Source: Candidatus Moraniibacteriota bacterium
GTDB lineage: Bacteria; Patescibacteriota; Minisyncoccia; Moranbacterales; GWC2-37-73
Assembly: GCA_013336225.1 (NCBI GenBank)
Contig: JAAXUC010000007.1
Coordinates: 27,554-59,553 of the forward strand
Length of the DNA: 32,000 nucleotides
Direction of reading: 5' to 3'
Below are positions 1 to 9,191 of the stretch, piece by piece. The position numbers and the translations under genes were made by a program. Every line of letters begins with the position of its first letter. The stretch's first letter is position 1. The notes beneath the pieces were generated by a model that saw only the letters and a program-made list of their open reading frames with translations, was not told the origin of the DNA and did not search any database.

Positions 1-2
1 TG

Positions 3-1028
3 GAAAAAGGTTTTGATATTGCTGAGGAATATATCAGTGGAATGTTTGCTGATTATATGAGCTTGGAAATGGTGAGTGATCAAGGCACGGTGCATTTCTA
101 TGTTCGCTCGATGAAAAAATATCGTCACTTGGTGGAAGCTTCGCTGTATGCACAATATCCTGACGTGGAAATCGTGGAAGTTCCTGATTATGTCAACGAT
201 GTGCCAAAGATCATTCCCAATGGACAGTGGGATTTGTGGGGTGCTGACATCATGTTTCAAAACCATGATGCCTATCCGATTCGAACATATAAAACTTTTG
301 AAGAAGACATCACTGGCACCATGATTGATCCTTTGGCAGGCCTATTGGAAGTGATGGGCAAACTTGGACCTGGTCAACAGATGTGGTTGCAGTGGGTGAT
401 TGCTCCGCATAAGCCAAATTGGGCTTCGAAAAAAGGCAAGGAATTGACTGACAAATTGAAAGGCAAAGAAAAGAAGGTTGAAAACATTTTTGAAAGATTG
501 TGGAAAGACATCAAGGATGTTTTCAGTGGTGTGCTGACAGGCTGGAACTCTCCAGTCGAGTTTGCTTCAGAGAAGAAAAAAGAAGATTCCCCCTTGGACA
601 CCCGTCTTTCTCCAGGTGAGCGCGATGTGCTCAAAGCTGTGGAAGACAACCTTGGCAAATTGCAGTTTTCCACTAAGGGCAGATTTATTTATTTGGGTCG
701 TCGCGAAAATTATGACAAAGCTTTGGGAGTCTCTGCTTTCTGGGGAAGTCTCAAGCAATTCAATGACGACAACTTGAACAGTTTTAAACCTGACAATGCT
801 TCGAAAACTTTTGCCAATTGGTTCAGTCAAAAGAAGCGTTTGCGTTATCGACAATATAAACTTCTGCGTCGTTATCGCAACAGAAACAGGGATGGCGCAA
901 TGATGACATTGAGCGCAGAGGAACTGGCTTCAATCTATCATTTCCCAGACATGAACGTGATGGCCCCATCGCTTTCTCGCGTGGAAGCCAAGCGTGGTGG
1001 CGCTCCTGCAAATTTGCCAATAGAGTAA
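3..1028 (+). CDS. Conserved hypothetical protein, 5'-partial; upstream partner of the TraD-like ATPase
   Basis: Frame is open from nt 3 (EKGFDIAEEYISG precedes the first listed Met at 42) to the TAA at 1026-1028. No catalytic motif recognised. Basic tail RLRYRQYKLLRRYRNRNR. Confidence 0.7.
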   Translation, partial: EKGFDIAEEYISGMFADYMSLEMVSDQGTVHFYVRSMKKYRHLVEASLYAQYPDVEIVEVPDYVNDVPKIIPNGQWDLWGADIMFQNHDAYPIRTYKTFEEDITGTMIDPLAGLLEVMGKLGPGQQMWLQWVIAPHKPNWASKKGKELTDKLKGKEKKVENIFERLWKDIKDVFSGVLTGWNSPVEFASEKKKEDSPLDTRLSPGERDVLKAVEDNLGKLQFSTKGRFIYLGRRENYDKALGVSAFWGSLKQFNDDNLNSFKPDNASKTFANWFSQKKRLRYRQYKLLRRYRNRNRDGAMMTLSAEELASIYHFPDMNVMAPSLSRVEAKRGGAPANLPIE

Positions 1029-1165
1029 AAAACTAAACACTAAGTTCTAAATTCTAAACAAATATTAATTTTCAAAATTAAAAAATCCAAAAATTTTGAA
1101 TTTTTTATTTATCATTTTGATATTATTTCTTATTTAGATATTCGGATTTAGAATTTAAAATTTTA
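1027..1165. repeat. Intergenic word-palindrome (TCTAAAT words)
   Basis: Left arm ctaaacactaagttctaaattctaaac faces right arm tatttagatattcggatttagaatttaaaa. An inner inverted repeat ttcaaaatt (1071-1079) / aattttgaa (1092-1100) sits in the core. Confidence 0.45.
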
Positions 1166-1181
1166 ATACTACAACGTTAGT

Positions 1182-3422
1182 ATGGCTAATAAAAGCGAAA
1201 TTGCATTTTTTGCAAAAACAACTTTCAGAAATCAAGAGCGAGTTTTCGGAATCAAGACTGACGATCGCACTCGGCACATGTATATCATCGGGAAGACTGG
1301 GATGGGAAAGACCAATCTGTTGGAAAATTTGGTGGTGCAAGACATTCGAAATGGTCACGGCATCTGCTATATTGATCCGCATGGTGACACGGCTGAAAAA
1401 CTTTTGAAAGCCATTCCGTCCAACCGCATCAATGATGTGATCTATTTGAATCCGTCTGATCAAAATTTCCCGTTGGCTTTCAATGTGATGGAATCTGTTG
1501 ATCCTGATTATCGCCACTTGGTGGCCTCAGGGCTCATTGGTGTGTTCAAAAAGATTTGGGCAGATTCCTGGGGACCTCGTTTGGAATATATTTTGCGCAA
1601 TGCTATCTTGGCACTGTTGGAATATCCAGGCAGTACACTTTTGGGTGTGACTCGCATTTTGGTGGACAAGAAATATCGCGAAAGAGTGGTGGAAAAAATC
1701 ACTGATCCGGTGATCAGACAATTTTGGGTGGATGAATTTCCAAAATGGAGCGACAAAGTTTTGCAAGAAGTTGTTTCTCCGATTCAAAATAAGGTTGGAC
1801 AATTTTTGTCCAGCTCACTGATTCGAAATATTGTGGGTCAAACCACCTCTTCTTTTGACATTCGCGAAATCATGGACACACGCAAGATTTTGATCATCAA
1901 TCTTTCCAAAGGAAGAATTGGAGAAGACAATGGCGCTCTTTTGGGAGCGATGATGATCACGAAAATTCAGCTGGCCGCCATGGGTCGCGTGGACATTGCG
2001 GAAGAAGATCGCAATGACTTCTATTTGTATGTGGATGAATTTCAAAACTTTGCCACGGAATCGTTTGCTAATATTTTGTCAGAAGCTCGAAAATATCGTC
2101 TAAATCTGATTTTGGCAAATCAATATATCACTCAAATTGATGAGAAAGTTCGCGATGCTATTTTTGGAAATGCTGGCACAATCATTTCTTTTCGAGTGGG
2201 CGCAATGGATGCGGAATTTTTGGAAAAAGAATTCATGCCAGTGTTTGTGCAAAATGACATTGTGAATTTGCCGAAATATAACATCTATTTGAAATTAATG
2301 ATTGATGGAATTGCAGGGGATGCTTTTTCGGCGCAAGTTTTGCCGCCAATTTATATTGGCGACACCGTTGATAATGAAGAGAAGATCATTGCAGCTTCGC
2401 GCGAACGGTATGCTTCAAGTAAGGAGGAAGTTGAGGACAAAATTTCTCGTTGGGCTGGCGTGATGCCAGTGGGTGGTTTTCAGACAGTCAATAAGGCTCC
2501 TGAAGGACAAGTCATTCAAAGTCCCAATGTCGTGCGCTATGTGGCTCCAAAAAAAGCTCAAAATCAGCCATCGCAAGCCGCTCATCGCAATTTTGCACCT
2601 CAAATCAAGCCTCAACAACCAGCCACAGCTCAAGTGGGTCAATCTGCCTTCGCTGGGCAATATTCCAAGCCTCAGGCCCCTGTGAGCGCTCCAGCGCCTC
2701 ATGGCGACCTGGACACTCAAAAAGTGATTAAGTCGCAGGTGGCAGTTGAAGCTTTTCCAGTGAATCAGGACGATTTGGGAGAATATAATCAGCCGACACC
2801 AGTTGAAAAACCCGTTGTTGAGCCAGTTTTGACATCTCAGTCAGTGGCCACTCCGCAGCGTCGCCACGATGACATCAAGCCAGTTGCTCAAGCTCCAGAA
2901 ATTGCGGCAGTTGAGCCAGTTTCAGTTGCGCTGGAAGAAAATCCTGACTATTATGTGAAACCAATCGATGAAAGACCGAAATTTGATGCTGTTTGCGACA
3001 TGTGCGCCGATCACATCCAGATTCCTTTTCAACCAGATGGAAAAAGACCGACCTTTTGCAAAGATTGTCTTAAAGAATATCAGCGCATGACTGCTAAAGA
3101 GAAACTCAATCAAGAGCGAAAAATTCAGTCGCAGCAGGAAGAAAAGCAAACACAGGCTGCTCCTGTTTCGCAAGCATTGCAACAACCAGTGAGAGTTGCT
3201 CGCGAAGTTCCTCAATATAAAAAAGTTGTGCAAGAACCTGTTGTTGCCAAGCCAACTGAAAGAAAAATCGAGCACAAGGCTTATGTTTCCAATGATCGCC
3301 CCATGAGTCTTTCGCAGATGCAACACATGGCCCCAAAGCAATTCAAGCCAGAGCGGAAAAGACCGCAAATAAATTTGGATGAAGTGCGTCAGCTGATTGA
3401 TGAGAATAAAAAAGAAAACTAG
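1182..3422 (+). CDS. TraD/VirD4-like (FtsK/HerA superfamily) P-loop ATPase with Q/P/A-rich linker and C-terminal CxxC-x17-CxxC zinc ribbon
   Basis: Walker A is IIGKTGMGKTN and the Walker B-like motif is FYLYVDEFQNF. KYRLNLILANQYITQI is typical of coupling-protein ATPases. The zinc ribbon CDMC-x17-CKDC lies at 2994-3068. Confidence 0.85.
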   Translation: MANKSEIAFFAKTTFRNQERVFGIKTDDRTRHMYIIGKTGMGKTNLLENLVVQDIRNGHGICYIDPHGDTAEKLLKAIPSNRINDVIYLNPSDQNFPLAFNVMESVDPDYRHLVASGLIGVFKKIWADSWGPRLEYILRNAILALLEYPGSTLLGVTRILVDKKYRERVVEKITDPVIRQFWVDEFPKWSDKVLQEVVSPIQNKVGQFLSSSLIRNIVGQTTSSFDIREIMDTRKILIINLSKGRIGEDNGALLGAMMITKIQLAAMGRVDIAEEDRNDFYLYVDEFQNFATESFANILSEARKYRLNLILANQYITQIDEKVRDAIFGNAGTIISFRVGAMDAEFLEKEFMPVFVQNDIVNLPKYNIYLKLMIDGIAGDAFSAQVLPPIYIGDTVDNEEKIIAASRERYASSKEEVEDKISRWAGVMPVGGFQTVNKAPEGQVIQSPNVVRYVAPKKAQNQPSQAAHRNFAPQIKPQQPATAQVGQSAFAGQYSKPQAPVSAPAPHGDLDTQKVIKSQVAVEAFPVNQDDLGEYNQPTPVEKPVVEPVLTSQSVATPQRRHDDIKPVAQAPEIAAVEPVSVALEENPDYYVKPIDERPKFDAVCDMCADHIQIPFQPDGKRPTFCKDCLKEYQRMTAKEKLNQERKIQSQQEEKQTQAAPVSQALQQPVRVAREVPQYKKVVQEPVVAKPTERKIEHKAYVSNDRPMSLSQMQHMAPKQFKPERKRPQINLDEVRQLIDENKKEN

Positions 3423-3427
3423 TCATA

Positions 3428-3460
3428 AAAACAATCAACTTTCCGAGTTGGTTGTTTTTC
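3428..3460 (+). terminator. Intrinsic terminator after the ATPase gene
   Basis: Stem aacaatcaact / agttggttgtt (one G-U pair), loop ttccg, followed by a T-run. Confidence 0.7.
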
Positions 3461-3468
3461 TTAGGGAC

Positions 3469-3497
3469 TTGCTTTTGAATCGATGTTGTCATATAAT
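3469..3497 (+). promoter_or_regulatory. Sigma70-like promoter
   Basis: TTGCTT (3469-3474), 17-nt spacer, TATAAT (3492-3497). Confidence 0.45.
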
Positions 3498-3542
3498 CCG
3501 CTCATTGGTTTTTTAAAAATTTTTGCAAAAAAGGAGTTTGTC

Positions 3543-3824
3543 ATGGCGCTGGAATTGGATGATATTTTGGAAATGGATGAGGATGAGTTGCTGGAATATA
3601 TCATTCGTGAGTCCATTGAGAGAGGAATTGTTTTTGATTTGGACATGCTGGATTGCAATGGCAAAATTGCCTTGTATGATTTTATTGCGGACAATTTAAA
3701 CCCTGAATTTCAAGCAGAACTTCACAGTGAGTGTCAGCTTGAATTGGGCTGCAGCATGTTTCCCAATGCCGAAAACCAGGATGATCTCGATGAAGAGATG
3801 GAGCATGATTTTTCAAGAGATTGA
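3543..3824 (+). CDS. Small acidic hypothetical protein
   Basis: AAGGAG lies 7 nt upstream of ATG 3543, which is Met 21 of the listed ORF 3483..3824. The protein is D/E-rich. Confidence 0.7.
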   Translation: MALELDDILEMDEDELLEYIIRESIERGIVFDLDMLDCNGKIALYDFIADNLNPEFQAELHSECQLELGCSMFPNAENQDDLDEEMEHDFSRD

Positions 3825-3844
3825 AGCTTACGCAATTTGCACAA

Positions 3845-3884
3845 AAAAAGAAGCCCCTGGGAAAAATTTCCCGGGGGCTTTTAC
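3845..3884. terminator. Bidirectional terminator between convergent genes
   Basis: Stem agcccctggg / cccgggggct, with an A-run before and a T-run after. Confidence 0.7.
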
Positions 3885-3900
3885 TTTTGTTTACTCGCTT

Positions 3901-4395
3901 TTATCTGGAGAATTCTTTTTCTCCGTTAGACAATTGATAGGCTTTATAATAAAGCGGTCTTCTGTCCAGCGCATTTTGCTGTGCTGCACTAAGACGACAA
4001 TTATAGCCATAGACAAGATCGTCTTGTTCTATTTTTTTTATCATGTCATATGCTGGAAGATCCTCCAATTGTTTGCAACCAAAAAATTCCATTTCTAAAA
4101 CCTCATCGGCATCGGCACAATCTTGATCGCAAAATATCGCATTAGCGATAGTTTTTGGATCAAAGCTTTCCACCGAGATAATGTGACTTCCAGCCAAGAT
4201 AGCTTTGGTGCAGAGGTCGCACTTACATTTCTTGTTTGTTATACTGATATCTGCGTTGAAATGCCTCTTGACAATGTCGTGCACAATTGCGACTGATAAT
4301 TCAATTTCATCAATTTCTTCATACTGTCGGCCACTTGGTTTTTTCACGTCTGACTCCTTTTGACTGCTTGGAATGAACTGCTTTTTCTTGAACAT
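3901..4395 (-). CDS. Cys-rich hypothetical protein
   Basis: 164-codon ORF containing KCKCDLC and FCDQDC clusters. No SD is visible, so the coding call is moderate. Confidence 0.5.
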   Translation of the reverse strand: MFKKKQFIPSSQKESDVKKPSGRQYEEIDEIELSVAIVHDIVKRHFNADISITNKKCKCDLCTKAILAGSHIISVESFDPKTIANAIFCDQDCADADEVLEMEFFGCKQLEDLPAYDMIKKIEQDDLVYGYNCRLSAAQQNALDRRPLYYKAYQLSNGEKEFSR

Positions 4396-4492
4396 GGATC
4401 ATGCATCAAGAAAAGTTATCATACAACAGCAGGCTTTTCTTGTCAATAGTGCTCGAATTGGTTTTTTAAGTGAAATGGGGGATAATGAAGAT

Positions 4493-4765
4493 ATGAATAA
4501 TTTGCAAAAAAATCAAAAGAAAGCCAAATGGAAAGTGTATATTTTGAAATGCAGCGACGAAACTTTTTACACCGGCATCACCACGGATTTAGACAGAAGA
4601 ATTGAGCAGCACAATAGCTCTCCATTGGGAGCTAAATATACTTTTGGGCGAAGACCAGTTGAGCTTTTTTGGGCAAAAAAATTCAACAATCGTTCATTGG
4701 CTTCAAAAGAAGAATGTCGTATCAAGAAATTGCCGCGAGCGCAAAAATTGGAATTGATAGTCTAG
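4493..4765 (+). CDS. GIY-YIG nuclease superfamily protein (small YhbQ/UPF0213-like)
   Basis: WKVYILKCSDETFYTGITTDLDRRIEQH matches the GIY-(x)n-YIG/T...R..H pattern. The start was chosen at ATG 4493 (GGGGGA upstream); 4475 and 4373 are alternatives. Confidence 0.8.
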   Translation: MNNLQKNQKKAKWKVYILKCSDETFYTGITTDLDRRIEQHNSSPLGAKYTFGRRPVELFWAKKFNNRSLASKEECRIKKLPRAQKLELIV

Positions 4766-4959
4766 ATTATTCTAGGCCGTTTTTTGTTTACAGTGAGGAA
4801 AAATGGTGATATGCTAAAAGACATAAAAGGTGACTTATCCCAGCACCAATTCCAAATAAAGTAAAAATCGTTAGTGAGATTTTTGCACGGAATCGCCTGC
4901 GGCTTAGTCACTGGATAGTTTTTGATTAATGATAGAATTGGTGCGGGACGCTCATTTTT

Positions 4960-6075
4960 ATGGCTTCTCGTTCCTCAAAGATAAAAATGGCGAAACAACG
5001 GGTGATTGTGGGCATGAGCGCAGGAGTTGATTCTTCAGTGGCTGCTGCACTGCTTCAGCAACAAGGCTATGATGTTGTGGGAGTCTTCTTGCATTTTTGG
5101 AAAGAGCCAGCGCAAGATGAACTTCGTGAGAACAAATGTTGCAGCGCTGAGTCGCAACAAGATGCTCGCAAAGTCGCGCAAATTTTGAACATTCCAATCT
5201 ACACCGTCAACGCTGCCAAGGAATTCAAAAAAGAAGTGGTGGACTATTTCTTGGAAGAAACCAAGGCGGGGCGCACGCCGAATCCTTGCGTGGTTTGCAA
5301 TGAAAGAATCAAGTTCAATTTTTTGTTCAAAAAGATGTTGGAAATGGATGGCGACTTTGTGGCAACGGGACACTATGCTGAAATCAAAAAAAATGGCGAC
5401 AAATTTCATCTCTACACTTCAAGCGATGAAGAAAAGGATCAAACATATTTCCTATATTCACTTTCGCAAAAACAACTTTCCAGAATTTTGTTTCCAGTGG
5501 GTGGATATAAAAAACCAGCCATTCGAAAAATTGCTGAAAAGATCAAGCTACCAGTTTTTGACAAAGAAGATTCGCAGGGTCTTTGTTTTACGCCTGAAAA
5601 AACACCAACCAAATTCATCAAGCGCAATTTGAAATTGTCACCAGGCGCGATCATCACAACTGAAGGCAAAAAAATTGGGCTGCATGACGGCTTGGAATTG
5701 TATACCATTGGCCAAAGAAAAGGCATCAACATCGGTGGCAATGGGCCATATTTTGTGGTTGGGCGTGATTTCGAAAAAAATCAATTGATTGTGACTAATG
5801 ATGAGAAAGATGAACAGATCTTTAAAGGGACCATGTTGGTTGAGCTCAAGAATTGGATTGCGGATGAGCCTAAATTGCCGCTTGAGGTTAATGTGAAAAT
5901 TCGCTATCGGCATCAGTTGGTGCGTGGTATAATAAGGCAGCATGCAGCAGGAATTCAGAAAAAGACAATTTTGGAAGTTGAATTTTTGGAAAAACAAAAG
6001 GCGATCACGCCTGGGCAATCAGCAGTTTTCTATGCCGATGACAATGAGGTGTTGGGCGGAGGAACGATTTTGTAG
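4960..6075 (+). CDS. mnmA: tRNA 2-thiouridine(34) synthase MnmA
   Basis: PP-loop VIVGMSAGVDSSV plus conserved CC and PNPCVVCN blocks. The likely true start is ATG 4987 (MAKQRVIVGMS). Confidence 0.95.
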   Translation: MASRSSKIKMAKQRVIVGMSAGVDSSVAAALLQQQGYDVVGVFLHFWKEPAQDELRENKCCSAESQQDARKVAQILNIPIYTVNAAKEFKKEVVDYFLEETKAGRTPNPCVVCNERIKFNFLFKKMLEMDGDFVATGHYAEIKKNGDKFHLYTSSDEEKDQTYFLYSLSQKQLSRILFPVGGYKKPAIRKIAEKIKLPVFDKEDSQGLCFTPEKTPTKFIKRNLKLSPGAIITTEGKKIGLHDGLELYTIGQRKGINIGGNGPYFVVGRDFEKNQLIVTNDEKDEQIFKGTMLVELKNWIADEPKLPLEVNVKIRYRHQLVRGIIRQHAAGIQKKTILEVEFLEKQKAITPGQSAVFYADDNEVLGGGTIL

Positions 6076-6219
6076 GCGTTAGGCTGTTAGGAATTAGCTT
6101 ATCAGGAAAATGCAAAACTTAATTTGTTGTGAAAAATAGTTTTTAAAATAGGCGAAGTTTTTGTGCGAATAATTAATAAATTTGGCTAAAAAGCTAAGAA
6201 GCTAATGCCTAAAAAGCTA
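6073..6219. repeat. TAGCTT-word palindromic element E1 (paired arms)
   Basis: Left arm taggcgttaggctgttaggaattagcttatcaggaaaatgc (6073-6113) starts with the mnmA TAG stop. The inverted right arm ggctaaaaagctaagaagctaatgcctaaaaagcta spans 6184-6219. Confidence 0.6.
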
Positions 6220-6479
6220 TGCAAATAAGTCCGGAGTTGGAAGTGCAAAAAAAGAAGTTGCAGATGGAAATCATGCTCAAGGATTCTGACATGAAAAGAA
6301 ATGAGCGCGCACTTATGGAAACGGAAATTGCACTCCGCGACATCAAGCACAAACAGATTCAAATTCAAACTGAATTCGTGGTGAAGGAAAATGTTCTTAA
6401 AAAATTGACGGCGGATCATGTGCAGTTGCAAGCCGAGCTTATCAAGCTTAAACATTTGATGAATAATTTGGGGCGTTAA
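6219..6479 (+). CDS. Small coiled-coil hypothetical protein
   Basis: 86-codon ORF with a heptad-like K/E/L/Q-rich sequence. No SD. Confidence 0.5.
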   Translation: MQISPELEVQKKKLQMEIMLKDSDMKRNERALMETEIALRDIKHKQIQIQTEFVVKENVLKKLTADHVQLQAELIKLKHLMNNLGR

Positions 6480-6518
6480 TTAAAAAATCATATGAAAATA
6501 AATTTAAGAGGATTGATA

Positions 6519-6725
6519 ATGAATCTGACCAAGAATAATGCAGAGATTGCAAAATCAAGTTTCATTCCAGGCAGATTGAGCAAAATTGAAAAAGAAATGA
6601 AAGCTGGCACGATTACTGTCAGTGAAGTCATGGTTAAGCTTCGAGATGAAGAAAAATTTCGAAAAGCAATTTCAGACAATGATTGGAAAATGATTGAAAG
6701 AGAAGTTGAAAAAACGTTAAAATAA
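6519..6725 (+). CDS. Small hypothetical protein
   Basis: AGAGGA lies 7 nt upstream of ATG 6519 (Met 10 of listed ORF 6492..6725). It directly precedes alaS. Confidence 0.55.
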   Translation: MNLTKNNAEIAKSSFIPGRLSKIEKEMKAGTITVSEVMVKLRDEEKFRKAISDNDWKMIEREVEKTLK

Positions 6726-6749
6726 CTTTTAACCTAAAAATTATTCAAT

Positions 6750-8579
6750 ATGACAGCAAATGAACTGCGAGAAAAATATTTAGAATTTTTTGCTTCCAAG
6801 GGACACACCATTATTCCTTCTGCTTCAGTGATTCCCAGGGATACTGATGCTTCAACCTTATTCACCACGGCTGGTATGCATCCTTTGGTGCCATATTTGC
6901 TGGGCGAAGATCATCCAGGTGGAAAACGCGTGGCCAATGTGCAGAAATGCGTGCGCACTGGTGACATTGATGACGTGGGAGACAATCGACATTGTACATT
7001 TTTTGAAATGATGGGGAACTGGAGCTTTGGCGACTATTTCAAGAAAGAAGCGATTGAATGGAGCTTTGAATTTTTGACTGACCCAAAGTGGCTGGGACTT
7101 GATAAAAACAGGTTATATGTGACTGTTTTTAAGGGCGAAGATGGAATTCCTCGCGACGAAGATGCCATTGCTGCTTGGCAGGAAGTTTTTGCCAAGGCTG
7201 GCATGGAGGTTGAGGTGGCTGGCGAGGATGAAATGATCACTGGAAATGTGCGCATCATTCCACTTGGAAAAGATGACAATTTTTGGATTGCAGGGCAAAC
7301 GGGTCCTTGCGGGGGAGACACGGAAATGTTCTATGACATGCGCCCCGAGGAAGGAGTGCTTGCTGGAAAATTTGGCGAGTTGGTGGATGGCTTTAGGATC
7401 ATGGAAATTTGGAACAATGTTTTCATGGAATTCAACAAAACTGCTGAAGGAAAATATGAAAAACTTGCCAAACCAAACGTGGACACTGGCATGGGGGTGG
7501 AACGCACTTTGGCCGTGCTCGACGGGCAATACACTGTTTTTGAAACAGAATTGTTCAAGCCTATTTTTGAAAAAATTTCGGAAATTTCTGGCTGCGGATA
7601 TCAAGACAGCCAGGAAACAGAAAAAGCTTTCAGAATTATTGCTGATCATGTGCGCGCCAGCGTTTTCATGATTGCCGATGGAGTCAGTCCGCTCAACACT
7701 GGCGCAGGCTATGTTTTGCGTCGCCTCATTCGCAGAGCTGTGCGCTATGGCAAATTGCTGGGCATTGAAAAAGATTTCACAGTCAGTGTGGCAGAAATTG
7801 TGATTCAGAAATTCGGAGATTTTTATGGAGAGCTTAAAAAGAATCGTGAAACCATTTTTGCGGAACTTAAAAAGGAGGAAGAAAAATTTAGAAAGACTTT
7901 GGAGAATGGACTTAGACAGTTTAATAAGTTGTCAGTCGCCAGCATTTCAGGCAAGGATGCCTTTGATTTGTATCAAACATATGGTTTTCCTTTGGAGCTT
8001 ACGGTTGAGTTGGCCAAAGAAAAAGCAATAATTGTGGATGAAAAAGAATTTGAGTTAGAATTGAAAAAGCATCAGGATCTTTCTCGCACCGCTTCAGCTG
8101 GAATGTTTAAGGGTGGACTACAAGATAGCGGGGAAGAAACAGCTAAATTACACACTGCTGCACACCTTCTTTTGGCTGCACTTAGGCAAGTTTTGGGAGA
8201 TGAGGTGTTTCAAAAAGGTTCGAACATCACGCCAGAGCGCCTGAGGCTTGATTTCTCGCACACGGAAAAGGTGACGCCTGAGCAGCTTAAAATGATAGAA
8301 AGTCTCGTCAACGCAAGTATAGAGGCCCATTTGGATGTTATGCATGAAGAAATGACCCTGGATGCAGCCCGCAAGGCCAATGCAATGGGTGTGTTTGAAT
8401 CAAAATATGGCGAAACTGTGACAGTATATTCAATTGTGGATGATGGCGCGCGTATCATTAGTCGTGAGATTTGCGGCGGTCCGCATGCCAAAAACACTGG
8501 GGAATTGGGACATTTCAAGATTCAAAAGGAAGAAGCTTCATCAAGCGGAGTAAGAAGGATAAAAGCGATCTTGGAGTAA
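6750..8579 (+). CDS. alaS: Alanine--tRNA ligase, short form ending after the editing domain
   Basis: Class II catalytic core (FFASKGH, LFTTAGM). The editing domain shows HTAAH (HxxxH) and CGGPH (CxxxH). At 609 aa there is no C-Ala domain. Confidence 0.95.
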   Translation: MTANELREKYLEFFASKGHTIIPSASVIPRDTDASTLFTTAGMHPLVPYLLGEDHPGGKRVANVQKCVRTGDIDDVGDNRHCTFFEMMGNWSFGDYFKKEAIEWSFEFLTDPKWLGLDKNRLYVTVFKGEDGIPRDEDAIAAWQEVFAKAGMEVEVAGEDEMITGNVRIIPLGKDDNFWIAGQTGPCGGDTEMFYDMRPEEGVLAGKFGELVDGFRIMEIWNNVFMEFNKTAEGKYEKLAKPNVDTGMGVERTLAVLDGQYTVFETELFKPIFEKISEISGCGYQDSQETEKAFRIIADHVRASVFMIADGVSPLNTGAGYVLRRLIRRAVRYGKLLGIEKDFTVSVAEIVIQKFGDFYGELKKNRETIFAELKKEEEKFRKTLENGLRQFNKLSVASISGKDAFDLYQTYGFPLELTVELAKEKAIIVDEKEFELELKKHQDLSRTASAGMFKGGLQDSGEETAKLHTAAHLLLAALRQVLGDEVFQKGSNITPERLRLDFSHTEKVTPEQLKMIESLVNASIEAHLDVMHEEMTLDAARKANAMGVFESKYGETVTVYSIVDDGARIISREICGGPHAKNTGELGHFKIQKEEASSSGVRRIKAILE

Positions 8580-8583
8580 TCCA

Positions 8584-8612
8584 TTGACATCTTTTATATT
8601 TTCGGTTATACT
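8584..8612 (+). promoter_or_regulatory. Sigma70-like promoter of rplU
   Basis: TTGACA (8584-8589), 17-nt spacer, TATACT (8607-8612). Confidence 0.55.
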
Positions 8613-8650
8613 CTCTTAGTAACTAAATGGCTTAAATTATACATAAAAAA

Positions 8651-8959
8651 ATGTTAGCAATTATCAAAACAGGTGGAAAGCAATACAAAGTTGCTGTTGG
8701 GGACAAAATCAAGATTGAAAAGCTTGAAGGAGAAGCTGGATCAGTGATTGTTTTTGATGAAGTGCTTTTTATTGGAGATGAAAAAGAAGTGACAATTGGA
8801 GCTCCTTTCATCAAGGATGCAAAAGTTGAAGCAACTCTTGTTGAACAAGGACGTCACAAGAAAGTTTGGGGAATCAAGCACAAACCAAAGAAACGATATA
8901 AGGTTAAATTTGGTCACAAGCAACTTTTCACCGAAGTGGAAATCACAAAAATTGCATAA
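8651..8959 (+). CDS. rplU: 50S ribosomal protein L21
   Basis: MLAIIKTGGKQYKV... and KFGHKQLFTEVEI are typical of L21. Confidence 0.95.
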   Translation: MLAIIKTGGKQYKVAVGDKIKIEKLEGEAGSVIVFDEVLFIGDEKEVTIGAPFIKDAKVEATLVEQGRHKKVWGIKHKPKKRYKVKFGHKQLFTEVEITKIA

Positions 8960-8972
8960 TACAGAATCTTCC

Positions 8973-9004
8973 AAAACACTCCATGAAAATGGAGTGTTTT
9001 TTTG
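8973..9004 (+). terminator. Intrinsic terminator after rplU
   Basis: Stem aacactccat / atggagtgtt, loop gaaa, then a run of T. Confidence 0.8.
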
Positions 9005-9145
9005 TATAGTGGCGTGCTCTCAGCTATTTTCCTTTCTGGCACGCTTTTGAATAAATACACAATATTCAAAAGCTCCGATTCGCTCTCGCTGCATATGGGC
9101 CATAAAGAAAAATAGTCTCATGCACGCAAAAGTTTTTGAAATATG

Positions 9146-9183
9146 AAAAATCCCCAGACCAATGTTATGGTGGGGATTTTTTT
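9146..9183. terminator. Hairpin terminator downstream of the minus-strand ORF 9192..9467
   Basis: Stem aatcccca / tggggatt, flanked by an A-run and a T-run. Confidence 0.65.
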
Positions 9184-9191
9184 GTGCATTT

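Noticed and set aside
4936-5012. tggtgcgggacgctca, resembling the reverse complement of a tRNA 3' acceptor end
   Set aside because: No T-loop (GGTTCGAATCC-like) or cloverleaf can be drawn, and the region runs into the mnmA start.
9004-9145. Spacer after rplU containing hairpins (ttttgaata..tattcaaaa) and the 63-aa minus-strand ORF 9020..9211
   Set aside because: The ORF has no SD, crosses a terminator and has low-complexity content. The hairpins are short. I could not support an ncRNA call. The absence of rpmA after rplU is noted, but it cannot be judged from one window.
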